Assembly (NCBI GenBank): GCA_041399205.1
Contig: JAWKTK010000011.1
Span: 122,448-186,447, forward strand
Source: Pirellulaceae bacterium
GTDB taxonomy: Bacteria; Planctomycetota; Planctomycetia; Pirellulales; Pirellulaceae
Direction: 5' to 3'
Length of the DNA stretch: 64,000 nucleotides
Part shown: piece by piece, positions 39,201 through 49,313 of the stretch
Layout of the letters: every line of letters starts with the position of its first letter
How positions within the stretch are numbered: the first letter of the stretch is position 1
Program-made: the position numbers and the translations under genes
Notes under the pieces: model-generated
The model's database searches: none
What the model saw: only the letters and a program-made list of their open reading frames with translations
What the model was told of the DNA's origin: nothing

Positions 39201-41558
39201 TTAGTTGCAAGAGCTGCAACCGCCGCATCCGCCTGCGTTTCCAGCACCACCGCAACCGGCAGCACCTGCACCGTATCCAGCTCCAACGCCAGAACCGTAA
39301 ACCGGAACCGTAACGGTGGAAGGAACAGTGACGCACTTACGAACTTGAACTGGCTTCTGAACGGTTACAGGAACGCAAACCGTGTAAGATTCAGTGGTTT
39401 CGTAAGGAACCGTCGTGTAAGACGTTACATTGTCAACCTTGGTGCGAACTTGCGGAACCATTACCGTGTAAGGAACTTCTCGTGTACGAGTTTCCGTGTG
39501 GTAATCGGTTACGTTGTAAGTTTGCTGACGAGTTTCCGTGCGAACTTGTTGAACCTTTTCAGTTCGAGTTCGCGTTTGGTTTTCGTAGCTGCAAACTTTG
39601 ACCATTCGCGTGCGAGTTTCAGGTTGGTATTCAGTAACTTGGCGAGTACGAGTTCGTTGTTCGGTAACGAATTCCGTAACTTGCTCGGTACGAGTACGAG
39701 TCTGAGTTTCGCAGCTGGTCACGTTGACCATACGAGTTCGTTGTTGGTTAACCATACGAGTTACCGGAACGGTGCGAGATCGCTGTTCGGTCTGCATGGT
39801 GGTTACAGGAACCGTTCGAGTTCGCGTTTCCGTTCGATACGTGGTGTAAGGAACGGTGCGAGTCTTTTGTTCTTGAACCATGCGAGTTACGGGAACAGAT
39901 CGAGTTCGCGTTTCGGTTCGCATCGTGGTTACGGGAACAGATCGAGTTCGCGTTTCCGTTCGGAACGTAGTGTAAGGAACGGTGCGAGTCTTCTGTTCTT
40001 GAACCATACGAGTTACCGGAACGGTGCGAGTTCGTGTTTCTGTGTTGTAAGTCGTCACAGGAACCGTTCGAGTTCGCGTTTCAGCATGGTTGACCGTTAC
40101 ATTATAGGTGTAAGGAACCGATTCTAGCTGACGTTCGTAGGTGGTGTAAGGAACCTGTTCTGTGACAGGATTCGACACCCATACTCGTTTGGTAACCGTG
40201 CATGCAGTTCCGACGATTTGTTCGCCACCCATGCCGCCAGCGTAACCGCCGTCAACATAAGCACCGCTTCCACCGCACGCGGAACCAGCCGCAGCAGAAC
40301 CACCACAGCCACAAGCATTGGAGCAAGGAGCACAGTCGCCGCAACCACCGCAGCCACCGCCGCAAGAGCTGACAACAACCGAACCACAGCCACCACAACC
40401 AGCAGCAGCACCCACACCTGCTCCGGCACCGTAAACAGCACCACCAGCACCGTAGCCACCACCAACCGGTTCAACTCGCGTTTCCCAGTGACCTTGGTCA
40501 CGGCAAACCGAGCGATACTTGGTGACGGGAACCATACGGCAAACCGTTCGAGAGGCCGAACGCTGTTCCGTATGAGGAACCATAACCGTGTACGATTCTT
40601 CTCGTTGCGAAGTTACCGGAACCTGAACCGTGTAAGATTCTTCTCGGTTTTCCGTTACAGGAACACAAACCGTGTAAGATTCTTCACGAGTTTCCTGAAC
40701 GGGAACTTGAACCGTGTAAGATTCTTCACGAGTTTCCGTTACAGGAACCTGAACCGTGTAGGATTCTTCGCGGTTTTCCGTTACGGGAACGGTAACCGTG
40801 TAAGTTTCTTCCCGAGTTTCTTGAACTGGGACCTGAACGGTGTAGGTTTCTTCACGCTGAGTCGTAACCGGAACTTGAACCGTATAGGTTTCTTCGCGGT
40901 TTTCCGTTACCGGAACACAAACCGTGTAGGTCTGTTCAACTTGGCGAGTCACAGGAACCTGAACTTGGTAAGTTCGTTCAACCGACTTGGTTCGAGGCAC
41001 CGAAACCGTGTAGTTTTCTACTACTTCACGGGTTACAGGTACGTTGACCGTGTACTGCTGAGGAACTTCCTTCCAGACGGGAACGCGTACTGTGTATTCC
41101 CGAGTGACGTCCGTCCAATATGGAACTTGAACGGTGTAGTCTCGCGTTTCAGTGCGAGTAACTGGTACATTCACGGTGTAATTTTCCGTTCGTGTACGTT
41201 GTTCCGGAACCATGACTGTGTATTCACGAGTCACTTGGCGGGTTTCTGGAACTTGACGATAACGCGTCACCGTTCGTTGACGGGTCTGACGCTGATACTG
41301 GGTTACATTCACCATTTGTGTTTCCGTAACCCACTGCGGTACCATTACTGTACGTTGAACGTAAGCAGGACCGCAATTAACGGCAGGTGCTGACAAATCT
41401 GCTCCGGATACATATGCACCAGAAACATCACCACCACCAACGACAGAACCACCACAATCGGTGGATGCGCCGCAACCACAACCGCAATCCGCACGCAACG
41501 AGCCAACAAGGCCCAGGGCGGCGGTCATGGTCAATGCTAACCAAGAACGATTAAGCAT
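39201..41558 (-). CDS. Secreted, highly repetitive Cys/Gly-rich protein with 14-residue tandem repeats
   Basis: 785 aa with signal peptide MLNRSWLALTMTAALGLVGSLRA. Cys/Gly-rich segments at the N-terminus, centre (about 80 aa) and C-terminus. Block A has about 15 repeats of E[ST]YTVQVPVTETRE. Block B has about 12 repeats of TETRTRTVPVT[TR]M. The underlying DNA repeats are about 42 bp. Confidence 0.75.
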   Translation of the reverse strand: MLNRSWLALTMTAALGLVGSLRADCGCGCGASTDCGGSVVGGGDVSGAYVSGADLSAPAVNCGPAYVQRTVMVPQWVTETQMVNVTQYQRQTRQRTVTRYRQVPETRQVTREYTVMVPEQRTRTENYTVNVPVTRTETRDYTVQVPYWTDVTREYTVRVPVWKEVPQQYTVNVPVTREVVENYTVSVPRTKSVERTYQVQVPVTRQVEQTYTVCVPVTENREETYTVQVPVTTQREETYTVQVPVQETREETYTVTVPVTENREESYTVQVPVTETREESYTVQVPVQETREESYTVCVPVTENREESYTVQVPVTSQREESYTVMVPHTEQRSASRTVCRMVPVTKYRSVCRDQGHWETRVEPVGGGYGAGGAVYGAGAGVGAAAGCGGCGSVVVSSCGGGCGGCGDCAPCSNACGCGGSAAAGSACGGSGAYVDGGYAGGMGGEQIVGTACTVTKRVWVSNPVTEQVPYTTYERQLESVPYTYNVTVNHAETRTRTVPVTTYNTETRTRTVPVTRMVQEQKTRTVPYTTFRTETRTRSVPVTTMRTETRTRSVPVTRMVQEQKTRTVPYTTYRTETRTRTVPVTTMQTEQRSRTVPVTRMVNQQRTRMVNVTSCETQTRTRTEQVTEFVTEQRTRTRQVTEYQPETRTRMVKVCSYENQTRTRTEKVQQVRTETRQQTYNVTDYHTETRTREVPYTVMVPQVRTKVDNVTSYTTVPYETTESYTVCVPVTVQKPVQVRKCVTVPSTVTVPVYGSGVGAGYGAGAAGCGGAGNAGGCGGCSSCN

Positions 41559-41786
41559 TTTTCCTAGACTCTCCTTTCTCGTAGAGCTGCTAGATGTACA
41601 AAAACCTCGCTGACTTTTACGGTCAGTTAAAATGCCGTGCAGGCACGGACTAGGTAATATAAGTTGCCACTAACACTGTGCAAGTGACATTTGGCAACAT
41701 GTCGAATTTTTGGTACCTAATTGCACTTCTTTTGCAAGAGTTGGGCCATCCTAATTGTTAGAAGCCGAAAGAATTTCAGGTCAGCA

Positions 41787-42902
41787 ATGTCAAAACGAGT
41801 GGTACTTGCGATGTCTGGTGGGGTGGATAGCAGTGTTGCTGCCCACTTGCTGTTAGAGCAGGGATTCCAACTGGTTGGAGTTTTTATGCGACATGGCGAA
41901 TCGTCGCCAGCTGAATACAGCGCCGCCGGATTGGAAATACTGAGTAGCTGTGATTCGCTAACTCACAAACAGGGATGCTGTACCGCATCGGATGCTCGTG
42001 ATGCACAACGAATCGCCCACCAATTGGACATTCCGTTCTATTCGCTAAATCTCCAACAGGAGTTTGGCGAAATCATGGACTATTTTTCGGCGGAGTACTT
42101 GGCCGGCCGCACGCCAAACCCCTGTGTGATGTGTAACAACTGGATTAAATTCGGAAAGCTTTTTGCTTATGCCGACAGCATTCAGGCAGATTTTGTCGCC
42201 ACCGGCCATTACGCGCGATTGCAGCGAAACGACAACGAATGCCATCTATTACGCGGTGTTGATTCGAATAAAGACCAGTCGTACGTCTTGTTCGGTATTA
42301 GTCGAAACCTGTTAGATCGAATGCTCCTCCCGGTGGGTGACTATGAGAAACACCAGATACGCGCCATTGCCGAATCGATGGGCATGAGCGTGGCCGAAAA
42401 AAAAGACAGCCAAGAGATATGCTTTGTCACTCAGGGCCATCATTCTGACTTCATTCGCCGTCATCATCACAACTTGCAGACATCAGGAGATATCATCACA
42501 ACCGACGGCCGAGTAGTTGGTAGACATGCTGGGTATGAGCAATTCACCGTGGGGCAGCGACGAGGCTTGGGCGTGGCCATGGGCGAACCATACTTTGTTA
42601 CTCGTATTAATAGTGATACCAATCAGGTCATCATCGGTCGCCATGACGAATTGGCCGTATCTGAACTCATCGCCGACCAAACAAATTGGCTGGTCAACAC
42701 GTCCGATTCGTTTCCGTGTCTCGCGCAGATTCGCTACAACAGTCAAGCCGTACCGGCCGTGGCAACATGTCAAGACGAACAACTGCGGATTCGCTTTGAA
42801 GATCCCTGTTTTGGCGTGGCACCCGGCCAAGCTGTGGTCTGTTATGATGGAGATCAAGTCCTAGGTGGTGGTTGGATCAAAACAACCACCCCAGCCATGT
42901 AG
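41787..42902 (+). CDS. mnmA: tRNA-specific 2-thiouridylase
   Basis: PP-loop motif VVLAMSGGVDSSVAAHLL and conserved catalytic cysteines (QEICFV). About 370 aa counted from the MSKRVV start. Confidence 0.9.
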   Translation: MSKRVVLAMSGGVDSSVAAHLLLEQGFQLVGVFMRHGESSPAEYSAAGLEILSSCDSLTHKQGCCTASDARDAQRIAHQLDIPFYSLNLQQEFGEIMDYFSAEYLAGRTPNPCVMCNNWIKFGKLFAYADSIQADFVATGHYARLQRNDNECHLLRGVDSNKDQSYVLFGISRNLLDRMLLPVGDYEKHQIRAIAESMGMSVAEKKDSQEICFVTQGHHSDFIRRHHHNLQTSGDIITTDGRVVGRHAGYEQFTVGQRRGLGVAMGEPYFVTRINSDTNQVIIGRHDELAVSELIADQTNWLVNTSDSFPCLAQIRYNSQAVPAVATCQDEQLRIRFEDPCFGVAPGQAVVCYDGDQVLGGGWIKTTTPAM

Positions 42903-43001
42903 GTGCCCAAATCAACGGCTCCTCTGACTGGTGAACCGCAGAAGACTTATCTATCATCCTGAAAAAGGCATGTGTTTCTTGCAACGGAAGGGCATTTCGC
43001 C

Positions 43002-44006
43002 ATGCATACTCGGCTTTCTCTTGACTCTATCTACCTGTTCGCGCAAACCGACCCCAAAACCATCTTCTTGATTTTCTTGGTTGGATTTGTCCTTTTCATC
43101 ATGATGGTGGGGCTCGTTCTTTTTGGCATCTACGGCAAGCTCTGGCTGCAGGCCTTCACGTCTGGGGCCGACGTCAAAATGGCCAGTTTGGTAGGCATGT
43201 TTTTCCGTCAAGTGAATTCGTCCATGATTGTACGAGGCAAAGTCATGGCGGCTCAGGCCGGTTTGAGCATCAACCGCAAGACTGGCATTTCGACTACTCG
43301 ACTGGAAGCACACTACTTAGCCGGCGGCAATATCATGGGCGTCATCAATGCCATCATTGCGGCTCATCGAGCGGGCATTGATCTGGACTTTGATCGAGCG
43401 GCAGCGATTGACTTGGCGGGACGAGACGTTTTGGATGCGGTGCGAACCAGCGTTCATCCCAAAGTCATTGATTGCCCCGATCCGCAGCGAAGCGGCAAGA
43501 CGACGCTCAGCGCCATTGCCAAGAACGGTGTCGAATTACGCATCAGAGCCCGAGTCACCGTGCGAACGAATCTGGAACAGTTGATCGGCGGAGCCACGGA
43601 AGAAACCGTGATTGCTCGAGTCGGCGAAAGCATCATTTCTTCCATCGGTTCGTCCGATACTCACCTGCACGTCTTGGAAAATCCCGATCGGATTTCTCGA
43701 GCCGTCTTGGAGCGAGGCCTCGACGCGCAAACCGCGTTTGAAATCGTATCCATTGACATTGCCGATATCGACGTGGGTGAAAATATTGGCGCGCGATTAC
43801 AAGCCGACCAAGCCGAAGCCGACACGCGAGTTGCTCGAGCACATGCGGAACAGCGCCGCGCGGAAGCCGTGGCTCAAGAACAAGAAATGAAAGCCAAGGT
43901 CGCAGAAAATCGAGCTCGCTTGGTGCTGGCGGAAGCGGAAGTTCCTCAAGCCATGGCGGATGCATTCCGACAAGGGAATCTTCATGTCAATGAAACGTCC
44001 GTCTAG
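43002..44006 (+). CDS. floA: Flotillin-like protein FloA
   Basis: N-terminal TM helix ([21 protein letters not shown]), SPFH-like body, and a C-terminal Ala/Glu-rich helix ([40 protein letters not shown]). Confidence 0.75.
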   Translation: MHTRLSLDSIYLFAQTDPKTIFLIFLVGFVLFIMMVGLVLFGIYGKLWLQAFTSGADVKMASLVGMFFRQVNSSMIVRGKVMAAQAGLSINRKTGISTTRLEAHYLAGGNIMGVINAIIAAHRAGIDLDFDRAAAIDLAGRDVLDAVRTSVHPKVIDCPDPQRSGKTTLSAIAKNGVELRIRARVTVRTNLEQLIGGATEETVIARVGESIISSIGSSDTHLHVLENPDRISRAVLERGLDAQTAFEIVSIDIADIDVGENIGARLQADQAEADTRVARAHAEQRRAEAVAQEQEMKAKVAENRARLVLAEAEVPQAMADAFRQGNLHVNETSV

Positions 44007-44043
44007 CTTCGTTGAATTTGGTTCCCAGCGATTGTGAATCTCC

Positions 44044-44325
44044 GTGCAACGCCAGTGTGAATTCTGTTTGCGAATTGTGGAACACGGCACCACGCAGCAT
44101 CACCTGATTCCGCGAACGTGCCATTCGAACAAATGGTTCAAGAAACGGTTTACTCGCCAACAAATGCGACAGACCGTTTCGCTTTGTCGCGAATGCCACG
44201 GCGCCGTGCATCGCTTCATTCCCAGCGAAAAGACATTGGGACGAAGTTTCAACACACTAGAAAAATTATCGCTCCATCCAGAATTGGCCAAATTCCGCGA
44301 TTGGGTCGTTCGGCAAAAAACTTAG
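44044..44325 (+). CDS. Small HNH-family endonuclease-like protein
   Basis: 93 aa. CEFC...HH.IP...LC.ECH..VH gives the CxxC...HH...CxxCH spacing typical of the HNH/His-Me finger. Confidence 0.55.
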   Translation: MQRQCEFCLRIVEHGTTQHHLIPRTCHSNKWFKKRFTRQQMRQTVSLCRECHGAVHRFIPSEKTLGRSFNTLEKLSLHPELAKFRDWVVRQKT

Positions 44326-44491
44326 CTCATTTCGCCAACCAAATTGTTCGCAAGCAATCCAACACGGCGAAAGTCTTTGTCAGAAACGGATCGAATATCA
44401 CCGCCTACGGTGCGAACTCAGCCCGCGAATCGAATAAGATACGGTGGCTGGTCCAAGTTCATTTTTTGTTCTTTATTTCGAGGCGAACAAG

Positions 44492-45358
44492 ATGATTGAT
44501 AGTCGTTTCCTTGCTTGGTGTGGAGTTTGTTTGCTGGCAACGGTGGCCGGCGCGGTGGACAATTCAGATGTGAAAGTCATGAGTTTCAACGTGCGATATG
44601 GTACCGCCAAGGACGGAGACAATCATTGGGATTTGCGAAAAGAGGTCGTCGCGCAAACCGTCAAAGCGTTTTCGCCCGACGTGATGGGAACGCAGGAAAT
44701 CATGCCGTTTCAAGCCAAGTTTCTCCAGGAATCGCTGGCGGATTACACGTATGTGGGGACCAGCCGAGTTCCTGCGGATCCAAACCAAGAGCAGTGCGGC
44801 ATTTTCTTTCTCCGGGATCGCTTTTACAAATTAGAGGAAGGCCATTTTTGGCTCAGCACTTCGCCAGACGTGCCGGGATCGCAAGGCTGGGACGCCGCGC
44901 TGCCCCGAATGGTCTCTTGGGTCAAACTGTTTGATCAAAAGAACGAACGAACCTTTTATTTCTTCAACACTCATTTTGATCACCGAGGCGAACAGGCCAG
45001 AAACGAATCGGGCGCATTGCTGGCCCAACGCATCCAACGATTAGATCCACAGGCATGTGTGATTGTGACCGGAGATTTCAATTGTGGCGAAGGTTCCGCA
45101 GCACATGTCAAACTCACCGCTCAGGCGGATGGTCAACTGCAACTACGCGACACACTTCGTACGTACCGGCCGAATGCCACGGACGGCGAAGGAACCTTCA
45201 ATGGATTTCAGGGCCGAGATACCGGCGCTAGAATCGATTGGATCTTGGCTTCACCTGCGTTCGAAGTTAAAAACGCCGAAATCGACAAATCCTCTGTCGA
45301 CGGACGATTTCCTTCCGACCATTTTCCTGTCAACGCCACACTTGAATTTGCCAAGTGA
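44492..45358 (+). CDS. Secreted endonuclease/exonuclease/phosphatase (EEP) family protein
   Basis: Signal peptide, VMSFNVRYGTAKDGDNHW near the N-terminus, and SDHFPV at the C-terminus. These are EEP fold signatures. Confidence 0.7.
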   Translation: MIDSRFLAWCGVCLLATVAGAVDNSDVKVMSFNVRYGTAKDGDNHWDLRKEVVAQTVKAFSPDVMGTQEIMPFQAKFLQESLADYTYVGTSRVPADPNQEQCGIFFLRDRFYKLEEGHFWLSTSPDVPGSQGWDAALPRMVSWVKLFDQKNERTFYFFNTHFDHRGEQARNESGALLAQRIQRLDPQACVIVTGDFNCGEGSAAHVKLTAQADGQLQLRDTLRTYRPNATDGEGTFNGFQGRDTGARIDWILASPAFEVKNAEIDKSSVDGRFPSDHFPVNATLEFAK

Positions 45359-45376
45359 CGTAGCCTTCGCAACCGT

Positions 45377-46111
45377 ATGAACATCCACGACGATTATCGC
45401 GTCCTAGCGCCGCCGACCGACTGTTCGTATTTGCCGGGCGAAACGTCGGTCATGGATTATCGGATTATCTTCTCGCTGAATTCGAACGAGTACGAACATT
45501 TGCTGGCGCGAGGCTGGCGGCGGCAAGGTGTGCACGTTTTTCGTCCGGCTTGTCCGGCTTGTAATAGGTGCCGCAGTTTGCGAGTCAACGTGGCGGAGTT
45601 TCGTCCCAGTAAGAGTCAGCGGCGAGTTCTCAGGCAGAATCAAGATGTGCAGCTGATTGTGCAGCGTCCGGTGATCACGCATCAGCACATTGATGTTTTC
45701 AATCGCTACCATCAGGACATGAGCCAGCGGCGCGGCTGGCGTTTTCGGCAGGTAGACCCGGAAGAATACTACAAGTCGTTCCTGTCGGGCGACTACGATT
45801 TCGCTCGCGAATTTCTGTATCTTCGCGATGGCCAACTGTTGGGCGTCGGCTTGGTGGATGTCACCGATAACGCCATGTCCAGCGTTTACTTTTTTCACGA
45901 CCCGGCTTGGCGAAACGATAGCCCCGGTACGTTTAGCGCCTTGAAAGAACTTGAATTCGCTGCGGCTCGAAACATCCCGTTCGTTTATCTCGGCTACTGG
46001 ATTCGCGAAAACCAATCGATGCAGTACAAGAATCGCTTTCGTCCTCATGAACTACTGGACGAATATGGCGATGACAAAGCAAAGCCGAATTGGCAGTCTC
46101 CTGAAGTGTAA
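45377..46111 (+). CDS. bpt: Arginyl/leucyl-tRNA--protein transferase (Ate1/Bpt family)
   Basis: CPACNRCRSLRV zinc-like motif, GWRRQG, and C-terminal VYLGYW are characteristic of the ATE family. Confidence 0.7.
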   Translation: MNIHDDYRVLAPPTDCSYLPGETSVMDYRIIFSLNSNEYEHLLARGWRRQGVHVFRPACPACNRCRSLRVNVAEFRPSKSQRRVLRQNQDVQLIVQRPVITHQHIDVFNRYHQDMSQRRGWRFRQVDPEEYYKSFLSGDYDFAREFLYLRDGQLLGVGLVDVTDNAMSSVYFFHDPAWRNDSPGTFSALKELEFAAARNIPFVYLGYWIRENQSMQYKNRFRPHELLDEYGDDKAKPNWQSPEV

Positions 46112-46169
46112 GTTCGGCAGCTACTGTTCCTTGTTAACGCGTTGTTGGTAGCCTCGTATTGTTGGAAGT

Positions 46170-46270
46170 GTGCAGCTGTTCGTAGTCCCGGCTTCAGCCG
46201 GAATCGTTTTGGCAAAGCGTGTACGGCTCGTTCGCATCCGCCTGAAGGCGGTACTACGAACTCAACGAAT
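46170..46270. repeat. Solitary diverged copy of the GTTCGTAGT...ACTACGAAC hairpin repeat family
   Basis: GTTCGTAGTCCCGGCTTCAGCCGG-36 nt-CCGCCTGAAGGCGGTACTACGAAC. It has the same 9-nt termini as the hairpins in the 24.3-25.5-kb array. The inner stem differs by paired changes (TTTAGG/CCTAAA becomes TTCAG/CTGAA). Confidence 0.7.
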
Positions 46271-46276
46271 CCTCTT

Positions 46277-46714
46277 TCACGCTGTCAAAAACACGCGTCG
46301 AAATTCGGGGTCCGTCACAAACACTCCTTCCTTAGCTAACTGCAGCACCACTGCGTCACCGGATAACTGGAACGCATCCAAGATTTGGTCCCACGCGTCT
46401 GGATCGCACGTTCCTTTCAGCTCGACATTTTGCAGCGTGGCGATGCCGTCATTCAGCAGGCCGTCCAACTGCCAACGTTCGGACGTGGCAGTCTGCCCTA
46501 CCCAGACAAACGAACCGTCCGGTTCAAAATACAGCTGAGGCAATGCTTGGAGGCGTTCGCCGGCCGATTCGAAGGAAACGTCCAGCGGAGCCGACACCAT
46601 TTCGGGCGTCAAGCGTAAGACTTCGCACGGCAACTCAAGCAGCGGTTGCGAACGCCGCGCGGCAGTTAATTCGATAGCGGGTTTGGCATGCAAGAAAACG
46701 TGGAACGTTCGCAT
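46277..46714 (-). CDS. Hypothetical protein
   Basis: 145-aa ORF with no recognisable motif. Confidence 0.35.
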   Translation of the reverse strand: MRTFHVFLHAKPAIELTAARRSQPLLELPCEVLRLTPEMVSAPLDVSFESAGERLQALPQLYFEPDGSFVWVGQTATSERWQLDGLLNDGIATLQNVELKGTCDPDAWDQILDAFQLSGDAVVLQLAKEGVFVTDPEFRRVFLTA

Positions 46715-46745
46715 CCGTTTTCCCTCCGTGGTTCAGCCGCTCCAA

Positions 46746-47063
46746 CTAATCATCCTTGCGAAAACTGACTTGCCGCCGAGAAGGATTGCAGATGATCAAC
46801 AGCCCCAATCCGACGGCTGCAATGATGATGATGTAAACCGGAACGTAGGTCTTGGGTTCTTCTTCTTCCTGCCCGACCTGTGCCCACACGGGACTCGCCA
46901 AGCACAGCCAGCTGGCCAACCCATATCCGACAATCTGGACGAATTTTTGTAACGGCTTCAACATTTTGAAATCATCATTTCTGGGATCGAAAGGAAACAT
47001 GCCACGTTTCCTCTCATTGTAATCGAACGGCCCAGCCTGACCAGCGTCACGCAGAACCGTCAA
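46746..47063 (-). CDS. Small hypothetical membrane protein
   Basis: 105 aa with two hydrophobic helices (LASWLCLASPVWA, YIIIIAAVGLGLLIIC). Confidence 0.35.
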   Translation of the reverse strand: MTVLRDAGQAGPFDYNERKRGMFPFDPRNDDFKMLKPLQKFVQIVGYGLASWLCLASPVWAQVGQEEEEPKTYVPVYIIIIAAVGLGLLIICNPSRRQVSFRKDD

Positions 47064-47125
47064 GCAGGCTGAACAACCGAATGGGTCGGAATATTTTTTT
47101 CGGCCGCCGTAGCGTTGGCTTTCCC

Positions 47126-48229
47126 CTATTCGTCAGCCACGTTTACATAGACTTTTAGGGCGTCCTTGTCTTCGACCAACAGGCGCATCATTTCTTGGTA
47201 ACTGTCCAGGCCGTCCAACGGATTGGTCAGGATCTTCTGGACCACGCCGGGATACATTACTTCGCCCAACGCCAAATCCTTGATCCCCATTTCAAAGTGT
47301 TCGCGGTTCGCATTTACCGAGCCCACCAACAGTTTGTTCCCCAAGACAAATTCCAAGTTGATTTTGTCTGCCGGAACTTCTGTTTTGTGACTACCTCCGG
47401 TCACACTATGCCAGACCAAGACGCCGTTGAGCCCCAAAACACTCATGGCATCAAAGGCAATTTTACTGCTACCGGTAGCCTCCATGATGATGTCGGGCTT
47501 GCCCACTTCTGCGGCGAGCTGTTCCAGGGATTTTTGTTCCGAACTGACGTACGTAGCGCCAAAGCCTTCGACGATTTCGGAATTCAAACGAGGTGCTGGT
47601 CGTCGAGCACACGTGTAAACATCCAATCCTTTTAAACGAAGAATCAGTGTCGACAGTAAACCGATCTGGCCGGCACCCATGACAAACGCTCGCTGCGGCC
47701 GCCAAACTCGCATCCGACGTTGCACTTCAAACGCCTGGTGAATCGCTTTGGCCGCACAGCTCATCGGTTCCATCAGCACGTGCAAATGCTTCAATCCGGG
47801 CGGAACTTTGACAATATATTCTTCGTCGTCCACCAAATATTCGGTCAAGTAGCCGTGTCGCAGATTGATGCCTCGTTCATAGTACGTCTCTTCGCTGGTC
47901 ATATCGTACGTGCCGATTCGATCGTAGATAGAACCACCGGGACGTCTTACGGTAGCCGTTACGTAATCACCGGGCTTAATGGTTCGCACATTCGGACCAA
48001 CCTCTGGGACAATACCAAACGATTCGTGGCCAATGACCAAATAGTTGTCACCAGGAGGTGCGTTGCCGTACAGTGCATCGTTGATTTCTCGATCCGTAGC
48101 GTCAACTCCCACCTTTAAAACCTTCACCAAGACACCTCGGCCATTGGGAATACTATCCAGCGTAGGCATCGGGATGTCTTCAAGATGAACACTGTTGGGA
48201 GTTCCAGGATGAACGGCAACTGCTTTCAT
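47126..48229 (-). CDS. Zinc-dependent medium-chain dehydrogenase (glucose/sorbitol dehydrogenase-like)
   Basis: MKAVAVHPG...GHESFGIV (zinc ligands) and a GAGQIGL Rossmann motif. Confidence 0.8.
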   Translation of the reverse strand: MKAVAVHPGTPNSVHLEDIPMPTLDSIPNGRGVLVKVLKVGVDATDREINDALYGNAPPGDNYLVIGHESFGIVPEVGPNVRTIKPGDYVTATVRRPGGSIYDRIGTYDMTSEETYYERGINLRHGYLTEYLVDDEEYIVKVPPGLKHLHVLMEPMSCAAKAIHQAFEVQRRMRVWRPQRAFVMGAGQIGLLSTLILRLKGLDVYTCARRPAPRLNSEIVEGFGATYVSSEQKSLEQLAAEVGKPDIIMEATGSSKIAFDAMSVLGLNGVLVWHSVTGGSHKTEVPADKINLEFVLGNKLLVGSVNANREHFEMGIKDLALGEVMYPGVVQKILTNPLDGLDSYQEMMRLLVEDKDALKVYVNVADE

Positions 48230-49313
48230 GGGACGAATATCCTTCGTTCGGATCTGCAATGGACTTTCAAATCAGTTCGGTTTACGTTGGTTGGCGGGCG
48301 CGAATGGGAATCATGTTCGAATGGGCCGCATCGGCTTGGATGTTTCGGCAAGCTTCGCCGGTTCGAATCGAATCAGCATTAGCCGTCACCGTTAAACGTC
48401 TCGAGCCCCTTCGGCACCTCCCCCCCGGAAAGACCTAACATGGTATAGTTCGACGCAGAGATTGGCGAGCCCGCCTTGCCTGATTTTCACGGCCCCGCAA
48501 AATGGGCGGTTTTGAAGCAATGTTGGCTGGATGACGCGTTTTCGCATCCGGCGCTGGTCGCTAGAAAAAATGTTCGCGGCTGCCGCGAATACAATTGCGA
48601 ATCGAGCAAGCGAAACACCGTACCATCTGGTTGCCGAATACTTCGTGCTTCGTGGTGTCATCCAAATCGCCTGGCACGAAGTTGTGTTAATCGAATTCTC
48701 TTGCCAGTCGGCGGTAGAAGCTGTTGTGAATTCAAAATGGTGCGGTTCGTCTTTGCAGAGTAAGTACTCAGGTGTGGTCCGATTTCGCCGTGGAGGATAC
48801 TTGCCGCTTGTTATATTGGGCGTTTTCCCAGCGTCCGCATGTGTCGCCCGCTGCGCCGAGCGGGGTAGGACAGAACGATGACCGGTGGCTGACGCACACC
48901 GGCAAAAATGTTTCGCCCGCCGGGCGGAGAAGACCGTCGAGATACGGAGGATCAGAATAGTGTTGGCTGGCCCCTGGATGATGCCGTGATGGCTGGCCCC
49001 TGGATGATATCAGGAACGACCGCTGTCTGATTCAAAACCACAGACTGTCGGATCACGGATTTGCTAAGGTTGCAGAATGCGAATTGACGGTGATTCGTCT
49101 GGGACGTCCAAGAATGTTCCCGCAACGCTTAGCGACCCCCAATCAATTCTCGCAGTATTCGCGGTGCGAGCGATCAGGCAAGCGTTCAGTTTTTTCACGT
49201 TCTATGCGGCGGGCAGGTGAAACGGGCTGGAAAAGAAGCTAGAATTGTCGCGAGTTTTCTTCGTGCGAATAGTTTTCATGGTCGAATTGGTGTTTTACTT
49301 CCGAGGTGGTTCG

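Noticed and set aside
39345-41393. Plus-strand ORFs 39345..40127 and 40218..41393 inside the repeat-protein gene
   Set aside because: They are shadow ORFs created by the low-complexity 42-bp repeats. Their translations are Arg/Asn/Ser-rich junk, and they lie antisense to a gene with a signal peptide and coherent repeat structure.
48350-48372. tRNA-like T-loop motif GGTTCGAATCG
   Set aside because: The flanking sequence cannot form acceptor or T stems, and no anticodon arm or CCA context is present. It is an isolated chance motif.
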